Source of the DNA: Deinococcota bacterium
GTDB taxonomy: Bacteria; Deinococcota; Deinococci; Deinococcales; Thermaceae
NCBI GenBank assembly: GCA_041695225.1
Contig: JBGFRI010000045.1
Location: 16,656 to 80,655, forward strand
Direction: 5' to 3'
Length of the DNA: 64,000 bases
The notes below the pieces were generated by a model. It had not been told where the DNA came from. It searched no databases and was given only the letters and a program-made list of their open reading frames with translations. Every line of letters begins with the position of its first letter. Position 1 is the stretch's first letter. Position numbers and translations under genes: made by a program. This document shows, in pieces, positions 1 through 9,689 of the stretch.

Positions 1-1038
1 CAATAAGTCCGGTCAGACCGTCCAGCCTGACCTGGCGCACCGCCCGGGCTACCTGCTCGCGGGTGGGTTTGCGTCCGTTGTTGGCCCGGATGGTGGCCTC
101 GAGGGCAGTGATGACCACGTTGGCTGCGTCGAAGGCATAGACCGCGTAGGCCTCGGGGTCGCGACCGAACTTGGCTTTGTAGCGCTGGGCGAAGGCTCTG
201 GCTTTGGGCAGAGTGCTGATGGGGCCAGCGGTGGTGGTGAAAAGCACGCCCTTGGAGGCTGGGCCAGCTACTTTTACCAGGTCGGAAGCATCGAGGCCGT
301 CGCCGCCCATAAAGGTTGCGGTAATGCCGCGCTCGCGCATCTGCCGCACCAGCACTCCGCCCTTGTCGTAAATTCCACCGTAGTACACCAGGTCGGGGCG
401 CTGGGCCCTCATCTGCAGAATTAGCGGCTGGAAGTTAGATGCCTCCTCGGTGCCGACCAGAGCAACCACTGTGGCCCCAAGCTCGCGCGCCCTTGCGGCA
501 AAAGCCTCGGCCAGGCCCTGACCGTAGGGGGTCTTGTCGTGGACAACAAACAAGCGGGTTCGCCCGAGCACCCGCACGGCATACTCGGCCCCCACCGGGC
601 CTTGTACATCGTCCCGGCCACAGATGCGGTTAACACTCAGAAGCCCGCGGTCGGTGATGCGGGGGTTGGTGTTGGCGGGAGAGACCATCACCAGGTTGGT
701 ATCCTTGTACACCTCTGAAGCAGCAATAGCCACCCCCGAGTTGAGATGCCCAACAATTCCCAGCAGGTCGGGGTCGTTAACGATGCGCCGGGCTACCGCT
801 ACCCCAACATCTGGCGTGGCCTGATCGTCTTGAGGGGAAAACTGTAGCTGGAAACCAAGCTGCTGGAAGCGGGCCTGGGCATCCTCAATGGCCATCTGGG
901 CGCCTTGCTGGATGGCAATCCCCAGGACCGACTGCGGCCCCGACAGCGGCGAGACCGAGGCAATCTTGATAACGTTGGACTGGGCCGAAGCCACTCCCAA
1001 AGCCAATAAACCCAGCACCAGGGCTGCGATTTTTTCAT
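1..1038 (-). CDS. Branched-chain amino acid ABC transporter substrate-binding protein (LivJ/LivK family); 1-bp frameshift just after the start; runs off the left edge
   Basis: RBS GAAGGAG then ATG at 1038. After the A6 run a second frame reads IAALVLGLLALGVASAQSNVIKIASVSPLSGPQS...IVGHLNSG...VSPANTNP...HDKTPYGQGLA, typical of Liv binding proteins. The ATG frame itself ends after 79 aa. Confidence 0.85.
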
Positions 1039-1070
1039 ACCAACTCCTTCTTAAGAACCGCCGATATAAT

Positions 1071-1087
1071 TTAGCCTGATAGGCTAA
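1071..1087. promoter_or_regulatory. Palindrome TTAGCCT-GAT-AGGCTAA upstream of the liv binding-protein gene, possible operator
   Basis: Perfect 7-bp inverted repeat with 3-nt spacer, about 35-50 bp upstream of the ATG. Confidence 0.4.
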
Positions 1088-1189
1088 TGTATACTAAACG
1101 CCTTTTGTGGAATTTTGTCAATATGGGGTCCGCAGGTCCTGGGCCAGACATGGCAGTTTTGTGGTCGGCAACGATCCGCAAAGTGTGGC

Positions 1190-1390
1190 GTCATCGAGCG
1201 GAGGACCATAGGCCGGCCAGGCAGTGCAGGAAAACACCAGAGCACTCTGGCCGACGAGGTGATCTGGATTGCTCGCGCTCTGAGAGCGCTCGCAATGAAG
1301 TCCCCCTATCCCCATCGTGGCCCGGGGCCACAGGCCGACGAAGCAGTCCAGAGCAAAGACACACAACCCATTGGCCGTTGCAGCGACCCG
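1190..1390. repeat. REP/REPIN-like intergenic element (GTCATTGCGA...GATCTGGATTGCT...CGCAATGAC family), degenerate
   Basis: GTGATCTGGATTGCTCGCGCTCTGAGAGCGCTCGCAATGA and GGCCGACGAAGCAGTCCAG match copies near 4.1, 18.4, 20.1, 31.9 and 38.8 kb. Confidence 0.7.
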
Positions 1391-1409
1391 GCTGACTTCT
1401 GGGTGGAAT

Positions 1410-2267
1410 TCATCGTTTGCGGAAGAGGCCAAACAACCCTTTGCCCTTGCTAGGTTTGTTCTCTCCAGTGGTCTTGCCTGGTTCCGGTTCGGGCATGTTC
1501 CGTGCGATCCGGAGGAAGGCCTGGGGGGTGGCGCGAATTGCTGCATCCTTGGTCAGGAGGTTGCGTATAATCCGGTCTAGGTGGGGCGGGAGGTTGGTAG
1601 GAGGGGGCATTTTGTGCAGGTGGGCGTAGGTGATTTCCTCGAGAGTCTCGCCGGTAAAGGGTCGTTTACCCACCAGCAACTCGAAGGCCATAACGCCAAA
1701 CGAATAGCAGTCCGAGGCTGGGGTGGCTGGCTCACCCCTAAAAAGCTCTGGGGCCATGTAAAAGGGACTTCCGGCCCGCTCGAGGGGCTTGGGGTTTTCA
1801 CGGGTCTTGGCCACACCAAAATCGCCTAGCTTGAACAGCAGACCATCAATAAAAATGTTGGAGGGTTTGACATCCTGGTGGATGATGCCCCGGTCATGCA
1901 GGTAGATGAGGGCTTGGGCAATCTGGGCCAGGCATTCGGTGGCAACCTCGAGGCTCAGGGGGCCTTTTTTGAGACTGTCCTCGAGAGTTCCTTCCTCGAA
2001 ATATTCCAGCGCTAGAAAAGCACCTTCCCCCTCGGGGCGGCCCGAAAGCCCGCGCACCAGATTGGCGTGATTGAGGGTGAGGGAAAGAGCCACTTCCTGG
2101 GCAAAACGTTCTGTAAGGACACGGTCGGTACGCACCTCGCGGCGCGGCACCTTGAGGGCCACCCTGGTACCGTCGGGGGCATGGGCCAGATACACCTGCG
2201 ACGACCGCCCCAGACCTAAGAGCATCTGGAGTTTGTAGTTTTGACGGGTCAGTCGGCGATAATCCAT
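1410..2267 (-). CDS. Hanks-type Ser/Thr protein kinase
   Basis: LGLGRSSQVY, VALK, HQDVKPSN, DFG and GSPFYMAPE motifs. Confidence 0.95.
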   Translation of the reverse strand: MDYRRLTRQNYKLQMLLGLGRSSQVYLAHAPDGTRVALKVPRREVRTDRVLTERFAQEVALSLTLNHANLVRGLSGRPEGEGAFLALEYFEEGTLEDSLKKGPLSLEVATECLAQIAQALIYLHDRGIIHQDVKPSNIFIDGLLFKLGDFGVAKTRENPKPLERAGSPFYMAPELFRGEPATPASDCYSFGVMAFELLVGKRPFTGETLEEITYAHLHKMPPPTNLPPHLDRIIRNLLTKDAAIRATPQAFLRIARNMPEPEPGKTTGENKPSKGKGLFGLFRKR

Positions 2268-2308
2268 CAAGATTCCAGTTACCCCGAGCTATTGCAGCAC
2301 GGAGTAGG

Positions 2309-2986
2309 TTACGAGAGAATTAAGTCCTCTCCGGGCTTTAGGGCCTGTCCCCCCACCCCCAGAAGACCAGCCCGACGGATAAAGGCATCTGCGTCCTGCG
2401 CAATGGGGGGAAAGGTGTTGTAGTGCACCGGCAAGACCTGCCTGGCCCTGACCAGCTCGAGAGCCTGCAGGGCATCGTCTGGACCCATGGTGTAGTGGTC
2501 GCCAATGGGCAGCACAGCCAGATCCAGGTTGTAAGCGGCCGCCAGGGTCATATCACCGAAGAGGGCGGTATCACCGGCGTTGTATATACGCCTTCCGCCT
2601 AGTTCTAAGATGAAGCCTTGTGCCAGCCCGCCGTAGGTTCCATCGGGGAAAGACGAGGAGTGCCAGGCCGGTAACCACTTGAGCCAGCCCCCTTTGAACC
2701 TGTAGGCGCCCCCCAGGTTCATGCCAATGCTCTGGCCCCCCTGCTTCTGGGCGTAACCTGCAATTTCGTAATTGGAGATGATGTGCGCACCAGTGCGCCG
2801 GGACAAGGCCACGCTATCGCCATAGTGGTCGCCGTGGGCATGCGTTACCACGATCAGGTCGGCCGACACTTGATCGACTCCAAGCGCTGCTTTGGGGTTG
2901 CCGGTTAGAAAGGGGTCCACCACAATGCGGGTAGTGCCGTCGCTTATTAGCAGCGCTGAGTGTCCCAGATAACGTACTTCGACCAC
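2309..2986 (-). CDS. Metal-dependent hydrolase, metallo-beta-lactamase fold (UPF0173-like)
   Basis: YLGHS, THAHGDH, AGDT, LPIGDHYTMG and PVHYNTFP motifs; RBS GGAGG. Confidence 0.93.
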   Translation of the reverse strand: MVEVRYLGHSALLISDGTTRIVVDPFLTGNPKAALGVDQVSADLIVVTHAHGDHYGDSVALSRRTGAHIISNYEIAGYAQKQGGQSIGMNLGGAYRFKGGWLKWLPAWHSSSFPDGTYGGLAQGFILELGGRRIYNAGDTALFGDMTLAAAYNLDLAVLPIGDHYTMGPDDALQALELVRARQVLPVHYNTFPPIAQDADAFIRRAGLLGVGGQALKPGEDLILS

Positions 2987-3119
2987 GATGCCACCTCCAG
3001 ATGCCTTTAGTATATGTCTACCGCTAACTCTTAAGTCGTTCCCCGATTTGTCGCATAGGTTACGGCTTTGCCGGAATCGCGTAAGCGACTCGCCTAGGTC
3101 GCAGGTCTCGGATCAAAGT

Positions 3120-3563
3120 TTAGCCAACTCGAGCCAGCCTCTCCAGAACCCGCTCCACATTGCGCTCGAAGGAGGCTTCGGCTAGCCGCCCCAGGGCCCG
3201 CCCTCCCCATTTTTCGCCCTGGGGCAGGGCGGCGTGGATGCGAAGAGTAAGGCAGTAGTCAATTCCACCCTCCAAGACCTCTGCGCTTCCCTCCAGTTCG
3301 GCCCAGAATGGCGGTGCATCTTCAATGGCCAAGGCCTCTAAGCGGGCCATCCTGCCCTCAGAATGAATGCGGCTGGAAAATGGAAACTGGATTTCCCCAA
3401 ACAACGGTGCCTCGGCCACCAGATAGCCCTGCAGGGTACTGTTCTCTCGGAGCAGTTCACCAAAGGGCGCTTTCCCGGCAAAGACCTGTTCGGGAGTTAG
3501 CAGATGTTCGGGGGGCTCGGCAAGCCACAGATGAAAGGACTTTTCCAGTACCATAATCTTCAA
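3120..3563 (-). CDS. Deinococcus-Thermus conserved protein (DUF3809-like)
   Basis: PLFGEIQFPFSS and EKWGGRAL motifs; overlaps the stop of the upstream small gene. Confidence 0.7.
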   Translation of the reverse strand: MKIMVLEKSFHLWLAEPPEHLLTPEQVFAGKAPFGELLRENSTLQGYLVAEAPLFGEIQFPFSSRIHSEGRMARLEALAIEDAPPFWAELEGSAEVLEGGIDYCLTLRIHAALPQGEKWGGRALGRLAEASFERNVERVLERLARVG

Positions 3564-3763
3564 TTAACCCACTCTACCCGCAGCTTCCCGGCCTTTGACA
3601 GCTGTTCGATCTCTTCGTCGGTCACATTGCGTAACCGCGAAAGGTTGCTGAATTCTGGGGTGGCGGTAGCCAGGCCTACCCGTACTACCAGCACCTCTTC
3701 TCCTTCGGCCTTACCAATGCGCCAGACCAGATGGTTGCCCAGCCGCTCGAGCAGGTCGTTCAT
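3560..3763 (-). CDS. Small conserved protein (DUF3248-like)
   Basis: LGNHLVWRIGKAEGEEVLVVRVGLATATP...LRVEWV; ATG at 3763 preferred because the upstream extension lies in repeats. Confidence 0.8.
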   Translation of the reverse strand: MNDLLERLGNHLVWRIGKAEGEEVLVVRVGLATATPEFSNLSRLRNVTDEEIEQLSKAGKLRVEWVN

Positions 3764-3804
3764 AGGCCCTAGGGTAACTGGTTGCGGTGGCTGGGTAAAG
3801 TGAA

Positions 3805-3906
3805 CAGGTCTCAGGTCGCAGGTCAAAAGTCAGTCGCAGGTCGCAGGTCGCGCGTCAAAAGCTACCGGCCATCAGCTATTAGCTATCGGCCACGGTCTCA
3901 GGTCGC
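3805..3906. repeat. Degenerate heptamer tandem repeats (AGGTCGC/AGGTCTC and AGCTATC types)
   Basis: aggtctc aggtcgc aggtcaa ... cagctat tagctat cggccac. Confidence 0.85.
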
Positions 3907-3914
3907 CCCCACCT

Positions 3915-4421
3915 GTTCATTGCGAGAAGGCCCCTGGGCCGACGAATCAACGGACAGGGTGACTGAGTGGCCGAGGCTCGTCCTGAGCCTTGCCCTGAGC
4001 CTTCGGGCCGAGGCCCTCAGGCCGAGGGCTTGCCGAAGGGGCAGTCGAAGGGATTGGGTTGCTTAGTCCACCCGGGAGGAGCTAAGCGCAGCTTGGCCGC
4101 CGAGGTGATCTGGATTGCTAGCGCTCTGAGAGCGCTGTTGAGAAACTTCGGGCAACCAACGCTTCTCCCTCCTTGGCAGCGACCAGACCCGGTCAGCCTT
4201 ACGCCAGTATGCTGTTGATCGGGGTCTTGGCTTGCGCCGTGCCACCACTTGTCACATCACCACTGACCGGAACCATACTCGCAAACGGGCTCTCAAGACA
4301 CCACTGCAAATTCGGTCTCTGCTGCCTGGTCACTCCACAAGGAGAGTACACAACACGCCCCACTCTGGCAAGTTTCTCTACTTCGCACAGGGTCCCGGGA
4401 CCCTGGGGTACTCGCAATGAC
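3915..4421. repeat. Cluster of REP/REPIN-like elements with nested CCTGAGC..GxCGAAGGG units
   Basis: TCATTGCGAG near 3917, nested cctgagcc...gaaggg at 3982-4052, GTGATCTGGATTGCT near 4105, CTCGCAATGAC near 4411. Confidence 0.75.
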
Positions 4422-4593
4422 GAAGTTCGGTCTTTATACGAGGAGGCCACAGCACATGGGTCGCAAGTCGCAAGTCTCAGTTGCAGGTCGAATGGCGAGG
4501 GTCGGGAACGGGCTGGAAGACTCAAAAGTAGAACTTCGATACTCCCCAATTGACACCTGCAGGGAATGCTGTGTGAAACGGAGACAAGAATTA

Positions 4594-5317
4594 GGGGCTG
4601 TACTAGATAAGCAGTAGTCTAGATACAGCATTATGCCGACCAGAAAGACGAAACTAAGTGTCAGAAAAGCTGGAAGATTGGTGGAGTATTTCGTAGCCGA
4701 GACCACCGCGAGAACGGCTGCGGATCTTGTTGGGGTTAACAAGGCGACGGCAGCACTCTTCTACCACAAGATACGGACGGTGATCAACACCCGAATCAAG
4801 GCCGAGGTGTTCAGCGGGGAGGTGGAAGTGGATGAGTCGTACTTTGGTGGGGCGAGGAAGGGCAAACGGGGTAGGGGTGCTGGGGGTAAAGTCCCGGTGT
4901 TCGGCATCCTCAAGCGTTCAGGCCGGGTTTACACGGTTCCATTGGACAACCTCAAAGCCGATACTTTGATCCCCATCATCAAACAGAAGGTGGTGCCTGA
5001 CTCGATTGTGTACACCGATGGGTTCAAGAGCTACGACGTACTGGACGTGAGTGAGTTCAAACACCAGCGTATTGACCACAGCAAGGAGTTAGTAGACCAG
5101 CAAGACAAAGGTAAACACATCAACGGCATAGAAAACTTCTGGAACCAGGCTAAGCGTGTGCTACGTAAGTACAACGGCATCCCCAGGCAGCACTTCCACC
5201 TCTTCATCAAGGAGTGCGAGTTCCGTTTCAACTATGGAACTCCCAGTCAACAACTCACAACCCTCAAACGCTGGCTCAGAAAGGAGGGGGTATTCTAGCC
5301 TTATCTAGTACAGCCCC
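4594..5317 (+). mobile_element. IS1595-family (IS1016 group) insertion sequence, 724 bp
   Basis: Perfect 18-bp terminal inverted repeats GGGGCTGTACTAGATAAG (4594-4611) and CTTATCTAGTACAGCCCC (5300-5317) around one transposase gene; no 7-9-bp target duplication visible. Confidence 0.95.
4633..5298 (+). CDS. IS1595-family DDE transposase
   Basis: EVEVDESYFGG, GKRGRGA, VYTDG, HINGIENFW and ECEFRFN motifs. Confidence 0.97.
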   Translation: MPTRKTKLSVRKAGRLVEYFVAETTARTAADLVGVNKATAALFYHKIRTVINTRIKAEVFSGEVEVDESYFGGARKGKRGRGAGGKVPVFGILKRSGRVYTVPLDNLKADTLIPIIKQKVVPDSIVYTDGFKSYDVLDVSEFKHQRIDHSKELVDQQDKGKHINGIENFWNQAKRVLRKYNGIPRQHFHLFIKECEFRFNYGTPSQQLTTLKRWLRKEGVF

Positions 5318-5409
5318 TACGAAATGACCACTAAGGTTGCAGTATTGGTTGTTAGCCCAGAACAACACTCGGCATCTCAAACCCTACGGGAGTAGGATCG
5401 TGAGCAGTG

Positions 5410-5456
5410 ATACCTATAACGGGTATTTGACACAATACCCCCCTGGGATATATTCT
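5410..5456 (+). promoter_or_regulatory. Sigma70 promoter with tandem CsoR/CstR-type operators
   Basis: ATACCTATAACGGGTAT (5410-5426), -35 TTGACA (5427-5432), ATACCCCCCTGGGATAT (5435-5451), -10 TATATT or TATTCT (5449-5456). Confidence 0.8.
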
Positions 5457-5476
5457 ACTAGCCGGGAGGTTTGGAT

Positions 5477-6919
5477 ATGCTTTTCAAGCAAATTTACGAG
5501 GAAGGACTGGCCCAGAGCAGCTACTTTATCGGCTGTCAGTCGAACGGAACCGCGGTCGTGGTTGACCCCCGGCGGGATATTCAGGTCTATCTCGAGGAGG
5601 CCCGTAAAAACGGAATGCAGATCGTGGCGGTCACCGAGACTCACATCCACGCCGATTATCTTTCCGGTGCGCGTGAGCTGGCCAGGGCCACCGGGGCCAG
5701 ACTCTACCTTAGCGACGAGGGCGACGAAAACTGGAAGTACAGTGGCCTCGAGGGTTTCGACTACCAGCTGGTCACCGATGGCGACCAGATCAGGCTGGGC
5801 AATATCACCCTGACGGTAGTGCATACTCCCGGTCACACCCCCGAACACATCAGCTTTCTGGTGCAAGACGGTGCTGCCGCCAGCGAGCCCGGCTTTATCC
5901 TGACCGGCGACTTTGTTTTTGTGGGCGATATTGGTCGCCCCGACCTGCTGGAAGAGGCCGCAGGCATCATGGGAACTGCCGAGCCAGGGGCAAGGCGCAT
6001 GTTCAAAAGCCTCAAAGAAAAGTTCCTTAGCCTGCCTGACTATGTCCAGGTCTGGCCCGGCCACGGTGCGGGCTCGGCCTGCGGTAAGGCCCTGGGGGCC
6101 GTTGCCAGTACTACCGTGGGCTACGAGCGCCTGTTCTCCTGGTGGGCCGGTTATGTGCGTTCAGGCGACCAAGAGGGTTTTGTAAAAGAGCTGCTATCCG
6201 ACCAGCCCGAGGCCCCCTACTATTTCGCCCAGATGAAGCGGCTAAACCGTGACGGGATGCCCATTCTGGGTGGTTTGCCCAGGCCCGCCCTGCTAAGCCC
6301 GGCTCAGTTTGAGCAAAAATTGGCTCAGGGGGCCATTCTGGTAGACACCCGCGATAAGCTGGCTTTTGCCGGCGGGCATCTGCGGGGCGCCATCAACCTG
6401 CCCGCCAACAAAAGTTTCTCGAACTGGGCGGGCTGGCTGCTGCCTTACGACCAGGACCTGGTACTGCTGGCAGAGAGCGACCAGGTAGAGGATCTGATGG
6501 CAAGATTAATACGCATCGGCCTGGACCGGGTGGTGGGGTATATCCCTGGCCTCGAGGGCTATGCCCAGGGCGAGCTCGAGGTGGTTCCGCAGATCACCGC
6601 GGCTGAAGCCAAAGCCCTCTGGGAAAAGGGCCAGGCCGTCATTGTGGATGTGCGGGGGGCCGACGAATACCTGGCCGGACACATCCCCGGTGCGCAGAAC
6701 ATCCACGCCGGACGGGTGAGGAACAATCTGCAGCGTATCCCTAAAGACCAGCCGGTGATCGTACACTGCCTGGGCGGAGACCGCTCCTCCACGGCCATCA
6801 GCGTCTTACGGTCGGCCGGCTATGACAATCTGATCAATCTGACCGGCGGCATCCGGACCTGGCAGCAGGAAGGCTTCCCGATCACCAAGGGTCGGCCCCA
6901 CAGCCCAGTCGGAGTCTAA
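5477..6919 (+). CDS. CstB-like persulfide dioxygenase-rhodanese fusion (MBL + pseudo-rhodanese + rhodanese)
   Basis: ETHIHADY, TPGHTPEH, TGDFVFVGDIGRPDL, WPGHGAGSACGK and C-terminal CLGGDRS; ATG at 5477 follows GGAGG. Confidence 0.9.
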   Translation: MLFKQIYEEGLAQSSYFIGCQSNGTAVVVDPRRDIQVYLEEARKNGMQIVAVTETHIHADYLSGARELARATGARLYLSDEGDENWKYSGLEGFDYQLVTDGDQIRLGNITLTVVHTPGHTPEHISFLVQDGAAASEPGFILTGDFVFVGDIGRPDLLEEAAGIMGTAEPGARRMFKSLKEKFLSLPDYVQVWPGHGAGSACGKALGAVASTTVGYERLFSWWAGYVRSGDQEGFVKELLSDQPEAPYYFAQMKRLNRDGMPILGGLPRPALLSPAQFEQKLAQGAILVDTRDKLAFAGGHLRGAINLPANKSFSNWAGWLLPYDQDLVLLAESDQVEDLMARLIRIGLDRVVGYIPGLEGYAQGELEVVPQITAAEAKALWEKGQAVIVDVRGADEYLAGHIPGAQNIHAGRVRNNLQRIPKDQPVIVHCLGGDRSSTAISVLRSAGYDNLINLTGGIRTWQQEGFPITKGRPHSPVGV

Positions 6920-6927
6920 GACAGGCT

Positions 6928-7242
6928 ATGAACCAAAACCTGGATGTCAAGACTGCATATCTGACTTTGAGCCGCTACCAGGTGGTTGATCTCCGTGAAC
7001 CCCACGAGTGGGCCGAGGGGATACTGCCAGGTGCGCTGCGGCTACCGCTTTCGAAGCTTTCGGGTCTGGCCCCGCTCTACCTGAAGCGCGATCAACCCGT
7101 ACTGGTCTATTGTCGCAGCGGGAACCGTTCGCAAGAAGGCCTGCAAACCCTAATGCGCCTTGGTTACGCCAAGGTTTGGCAGCTAGAAGGCGGCGTCCAG
7201 GCCTGGAGCGAACTCGGCATTCCCTGCGCCAGCCATGTCTGA
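6928..7242 (+). CDS. Single-domain rhodanese (sulfurtransferase)
   Basis: VDLREPHEW, YCRSGNRS, LEGGVQAW. Confidence 0.9.
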   Translation: MNQNLDVKTAYLTLSRYQVVDLREPHEWAEGILPGALRLPLSKLSGLAPLYLKRDQPVLVYCRSGNRSQEGLQTLMRLGYAKVWQLEGGVQAWSELGIPCASHV

Positions 7243-7251
7243 AGGAGAACC

Positions 7252-7914
7252 ATGTTGACCGTACCTTACAAAGAGATTAGCCCCCAGGAGGCCCAGCAGC
7301 TACTAAAGCAAAACACCCTTTTTATTGATGTGCGCGAGCCCGAGGAGTATGCCCAGGCCCGTATTGCCGGGGCGCAGCTAATTCCGCTCTCGGAGTTTGC
7401 CGGGCGTTATCACGAGCTCCCAAAAAATCAGCCTGTAGTGCTGTACTGTCGCAGCGGCAACCGTAGCGCCCAGGCTGCGGGCTGGCTTGCGGCCAAGGGC
7501 TACACCAGACTCTTTAACCTGGACGGGGGCATTATGGCCTGGTATCAGGCCGGGCTGGAGCTGGACACCCAGCCAGCCGAGGCCGTCTACCAGAACACTG
7601 CCTTCAGTGAACTAACCCCGCAGGAGGCCAAAGCCTGGATCGAGGCCGGCGCCTATGTGGTGGATGTGCGCGAGCCCTACGAGTATGCGCTGGGGCACGT
7701 ACCGGGCGCCGTGAACATCCCGTTGGGGAGCTTTACTGCCCAGGCTGCCAATCTGCCCAAAGACCGCAAGCTGGTGGTGGTATGTGCCTCGGGAGGGCGT
7801 TCTTCGCAGGCCTCGGAGTATCTGGTCGGCCAGGGTTTTGACGGCAACCTGGTTGGCAACCTCGAGGGCGGTACTTACGGCTGGATGAGCGCGGGCTTTG
7901 AGGTGGAGCGTTGA
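7252..7914 (+). CDS. Tandem two-domain rhodanese
   Basis: Two DVREP..E units with CRSGNRS and CASGGRS active-site loops. Confidence 0.92.
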   Translation: MLTVPYKEISPQEAQQLLKQNTLFIDVREPEEYAQARIAGAQLIPLSEFAGRYHELPKNQPVVLYCRSGNRSAQAAGWLAAKGYTRLFNLDGGIMAWYQAGLELDTQPAEAVYQNTAFSELTPQEAKAWIEAGAYVVDVREPYEYALGHVPGAVNIPLGSFTAQAANLPKDRKLVVVCASGGRSSQASEYLVGQGFDGNLVGNLEGGTYGWMSAGFEVER

Positions 7915-8252
7915 TCGCCTGGCTCAAGAAACTGCTTGGGGGCGGGGCGGCAGTAGCAGTTCTGAGCCCTACTGAAGCCCATGACAAGGCCAGAGCCGGA
8001 GCCATCATTCTGGACGTCAGAACTCCGCAGGAGCGGCAGCAGGAAAAGATTCCTCACTCGCAGGCGCTACCGCTGGACAAACTGGCCCAGGGGTGGGAAA
8101 AGCTGCCCAGAGACAGGGAAATTATCTGCCAGTGCGCGAGTTGCGGGCGCAGCGCCAGGGCAGCACGTTTTCTGGCTGGCAAGGGTTTTACCGTCTACAA
8201 TCTGGCGGGCGGCCTCTTGGCCTGGAAGCAGCATAGACTTCCGGTGAAGTGA
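7911..8252 (+). CDS. Single-domain rhodanese
   Basis: LDVRTPQE, ICQCASCGRS, NLAGGLLAW. Confidence 0.88.
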   Translation: MIAWLKKLLGGGAAVAVLSPTEAHDKARAGAIILDVRTPQERQQEKIPHSQALPLDKLAQGWEKLPRDREIICQCASCGRSARAARFLAGKGFTVYNLAGGLLAWKQHRLPVK

Positions 8253-8596
8253 TGCAGGATGTTTTCCCCAATGAGCGGGGGTTGTGGCAAAAGCTTGGGA
8301 CTCTGTGGCTGGATGTCCGAGGCCACGAAAAGTCTGCCGCTGCGCAGATTCCTGGCTTCAGCAGTCTGCCGCTACAGGTATTGTTCGAGCAGTTATCAAA
8401 CCGGTGTGGCCTGTGTGGCCCTCTGGTAACCATCTGTACCAGCGGTAGTCGGGCCGGGCTGGTAGCAAAGGTGACGCCCTGTGAGGGGCTCGAGGCCGGT
8501 CGGCGGATCAGGGAAGCCCAGGGCTACGCTGTGCTGGCATACCCGCTGGTCAAATCGCTGCGAGCTGGCAGGCTCGAGGAAACCACATGCTGCTGA
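8249..8596 (+). pseudogene. Degenerate rhodanese-like ORF
   Basis: LDVRGHE...IPG and ICTSGSRA remain, but the C-terminal GG..W motif is missing. Confidence 0.5.
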
Positions 8597-9348
8597 CCCT
8601 TATCGGTGCGGCGGTAATTGGGCTGGCCCTGGGGATGCTTGGCTCGGGTGGGTCAATTCTCACTGTCCCGGTGCTGACCTATCTGGTAGGCGAGCCAGAA
8701 AAGCTCGCCATTGCCCAGTCGCTGGGCATCGTGGGGTTCATCGCCCTTGTGGGGGCGGTTCCCTACGGACTCAAGCGGAACATTGACTGGGCTAGCGTGA
8801 TCTGGTTTGGCCTGCCGGGCATGCTGGGAACCTACCTTGGGGCCTTTTTGTCGCAGTGGGTGCCAGGGGTCTGGCAGCTCGGACTGTTTGCGGCGGTAAT
8901 GCTGCTGGCGGCCTATCTGATGTTCCGCCCGCCAAAACTTGTGGGCGTTAGCCAAAAACGTTCACACTGGAAAATTGTCCTCGACGGCCTGGTGGTCGGA
9001 GTCCTGACCGGACTGGTTGGGGTGGGAGGCGGTTTTCTGGTGGTTCCTGCGCTGGTGCTTCTGGGCGGGCTGCCCATGCACCTGGCGGTCGGTACCAGCC
9101 TGGCGATCGTAGCTTTGAAGTCCGTCAGTGGTTTTTACAAATACCTGCAACTGCTGCCCGCGCAAGGCTACACCGTGAACTGGGAGATCGTGCTGCTCTT
9201 CGCGGTGGTGGGCATGGCGGGAAGCCTGCTGGGTGGGCGCATGGCAGCCCTGATTCCCCAGTCTCTTCTTCGGCAGGGATTTGCCGGGTTTCTGGTGGTA
9301 ATGGGGATATTTATACTCTGGCAGAATCTGCCCCGAATGTTAGACTAA
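8587..9348 (+). CDS. Sulfite exporter TauE/SafE family membrane protein
   Basis: LGMLGSGGSILTVP, GLVGVGGGFLVVP and AVGTSL motifs; multiple hydrophobic segments. Confidence 0.93.
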   Translation: MLLTLIGAAVIGLALGMLGSGGSILTVPVLTYLVGEPEKLAIAQSLGIVGFIALVGAVPYGLKRNIDWASVIWFGLPGMLGTYLGAFLSQWVPGVWQLGLFAAVMLLAAYLMFRPPKLVGVSQKRSHWKIVLDGLVVGVLTGLVGVGGGFLVVPALVLLGGLPMHLAVGTSLAIVALKSVSGFYKYLQLLPAQGYTVNWEIVLLFAVVGMAGSLLGGRMAALIPQSLLRQGFAGFLVVMGIFILWQNLPRMLD

Positions 9349-9689
9349 CCATCGCAGATATGCCTACCGTCCTTTGTCCCGTTGAGCTCAGCTCAACACC
9401 TCAGGCACTGCGCCTTTGACTCGGCCCTGCTTCTTCGGCACTTCTACCAGCCATGTTACATCAGCCAAGGTCCGCTATAACTCAAGCTGGTGCATGGCCC
9501 GCTGGCGAGTAGGGCAAAGGGGTTTGGTCGAGTATGCCACCTGGTCCTTTAGTCTGACCAATACCCGCGCTAAAGCCTAAAAATAGCCATATCCTGCCTC
9601 AGGTGGGTTAGGATGTACCCTGGCTGGAAGGGCTAAGTTAGATTTCGACAGGCCCGCTCGAGGGCTGTACGAAAAAAAGGAGCGAGCGT

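Noticed and set aside
3782..4553. Several 60-126-aa ORFs, also at 1087-1546, 20013-20726 and 17835-18884
   Set aside because: They run through REP and heptamer repeats and show no protein-like features.
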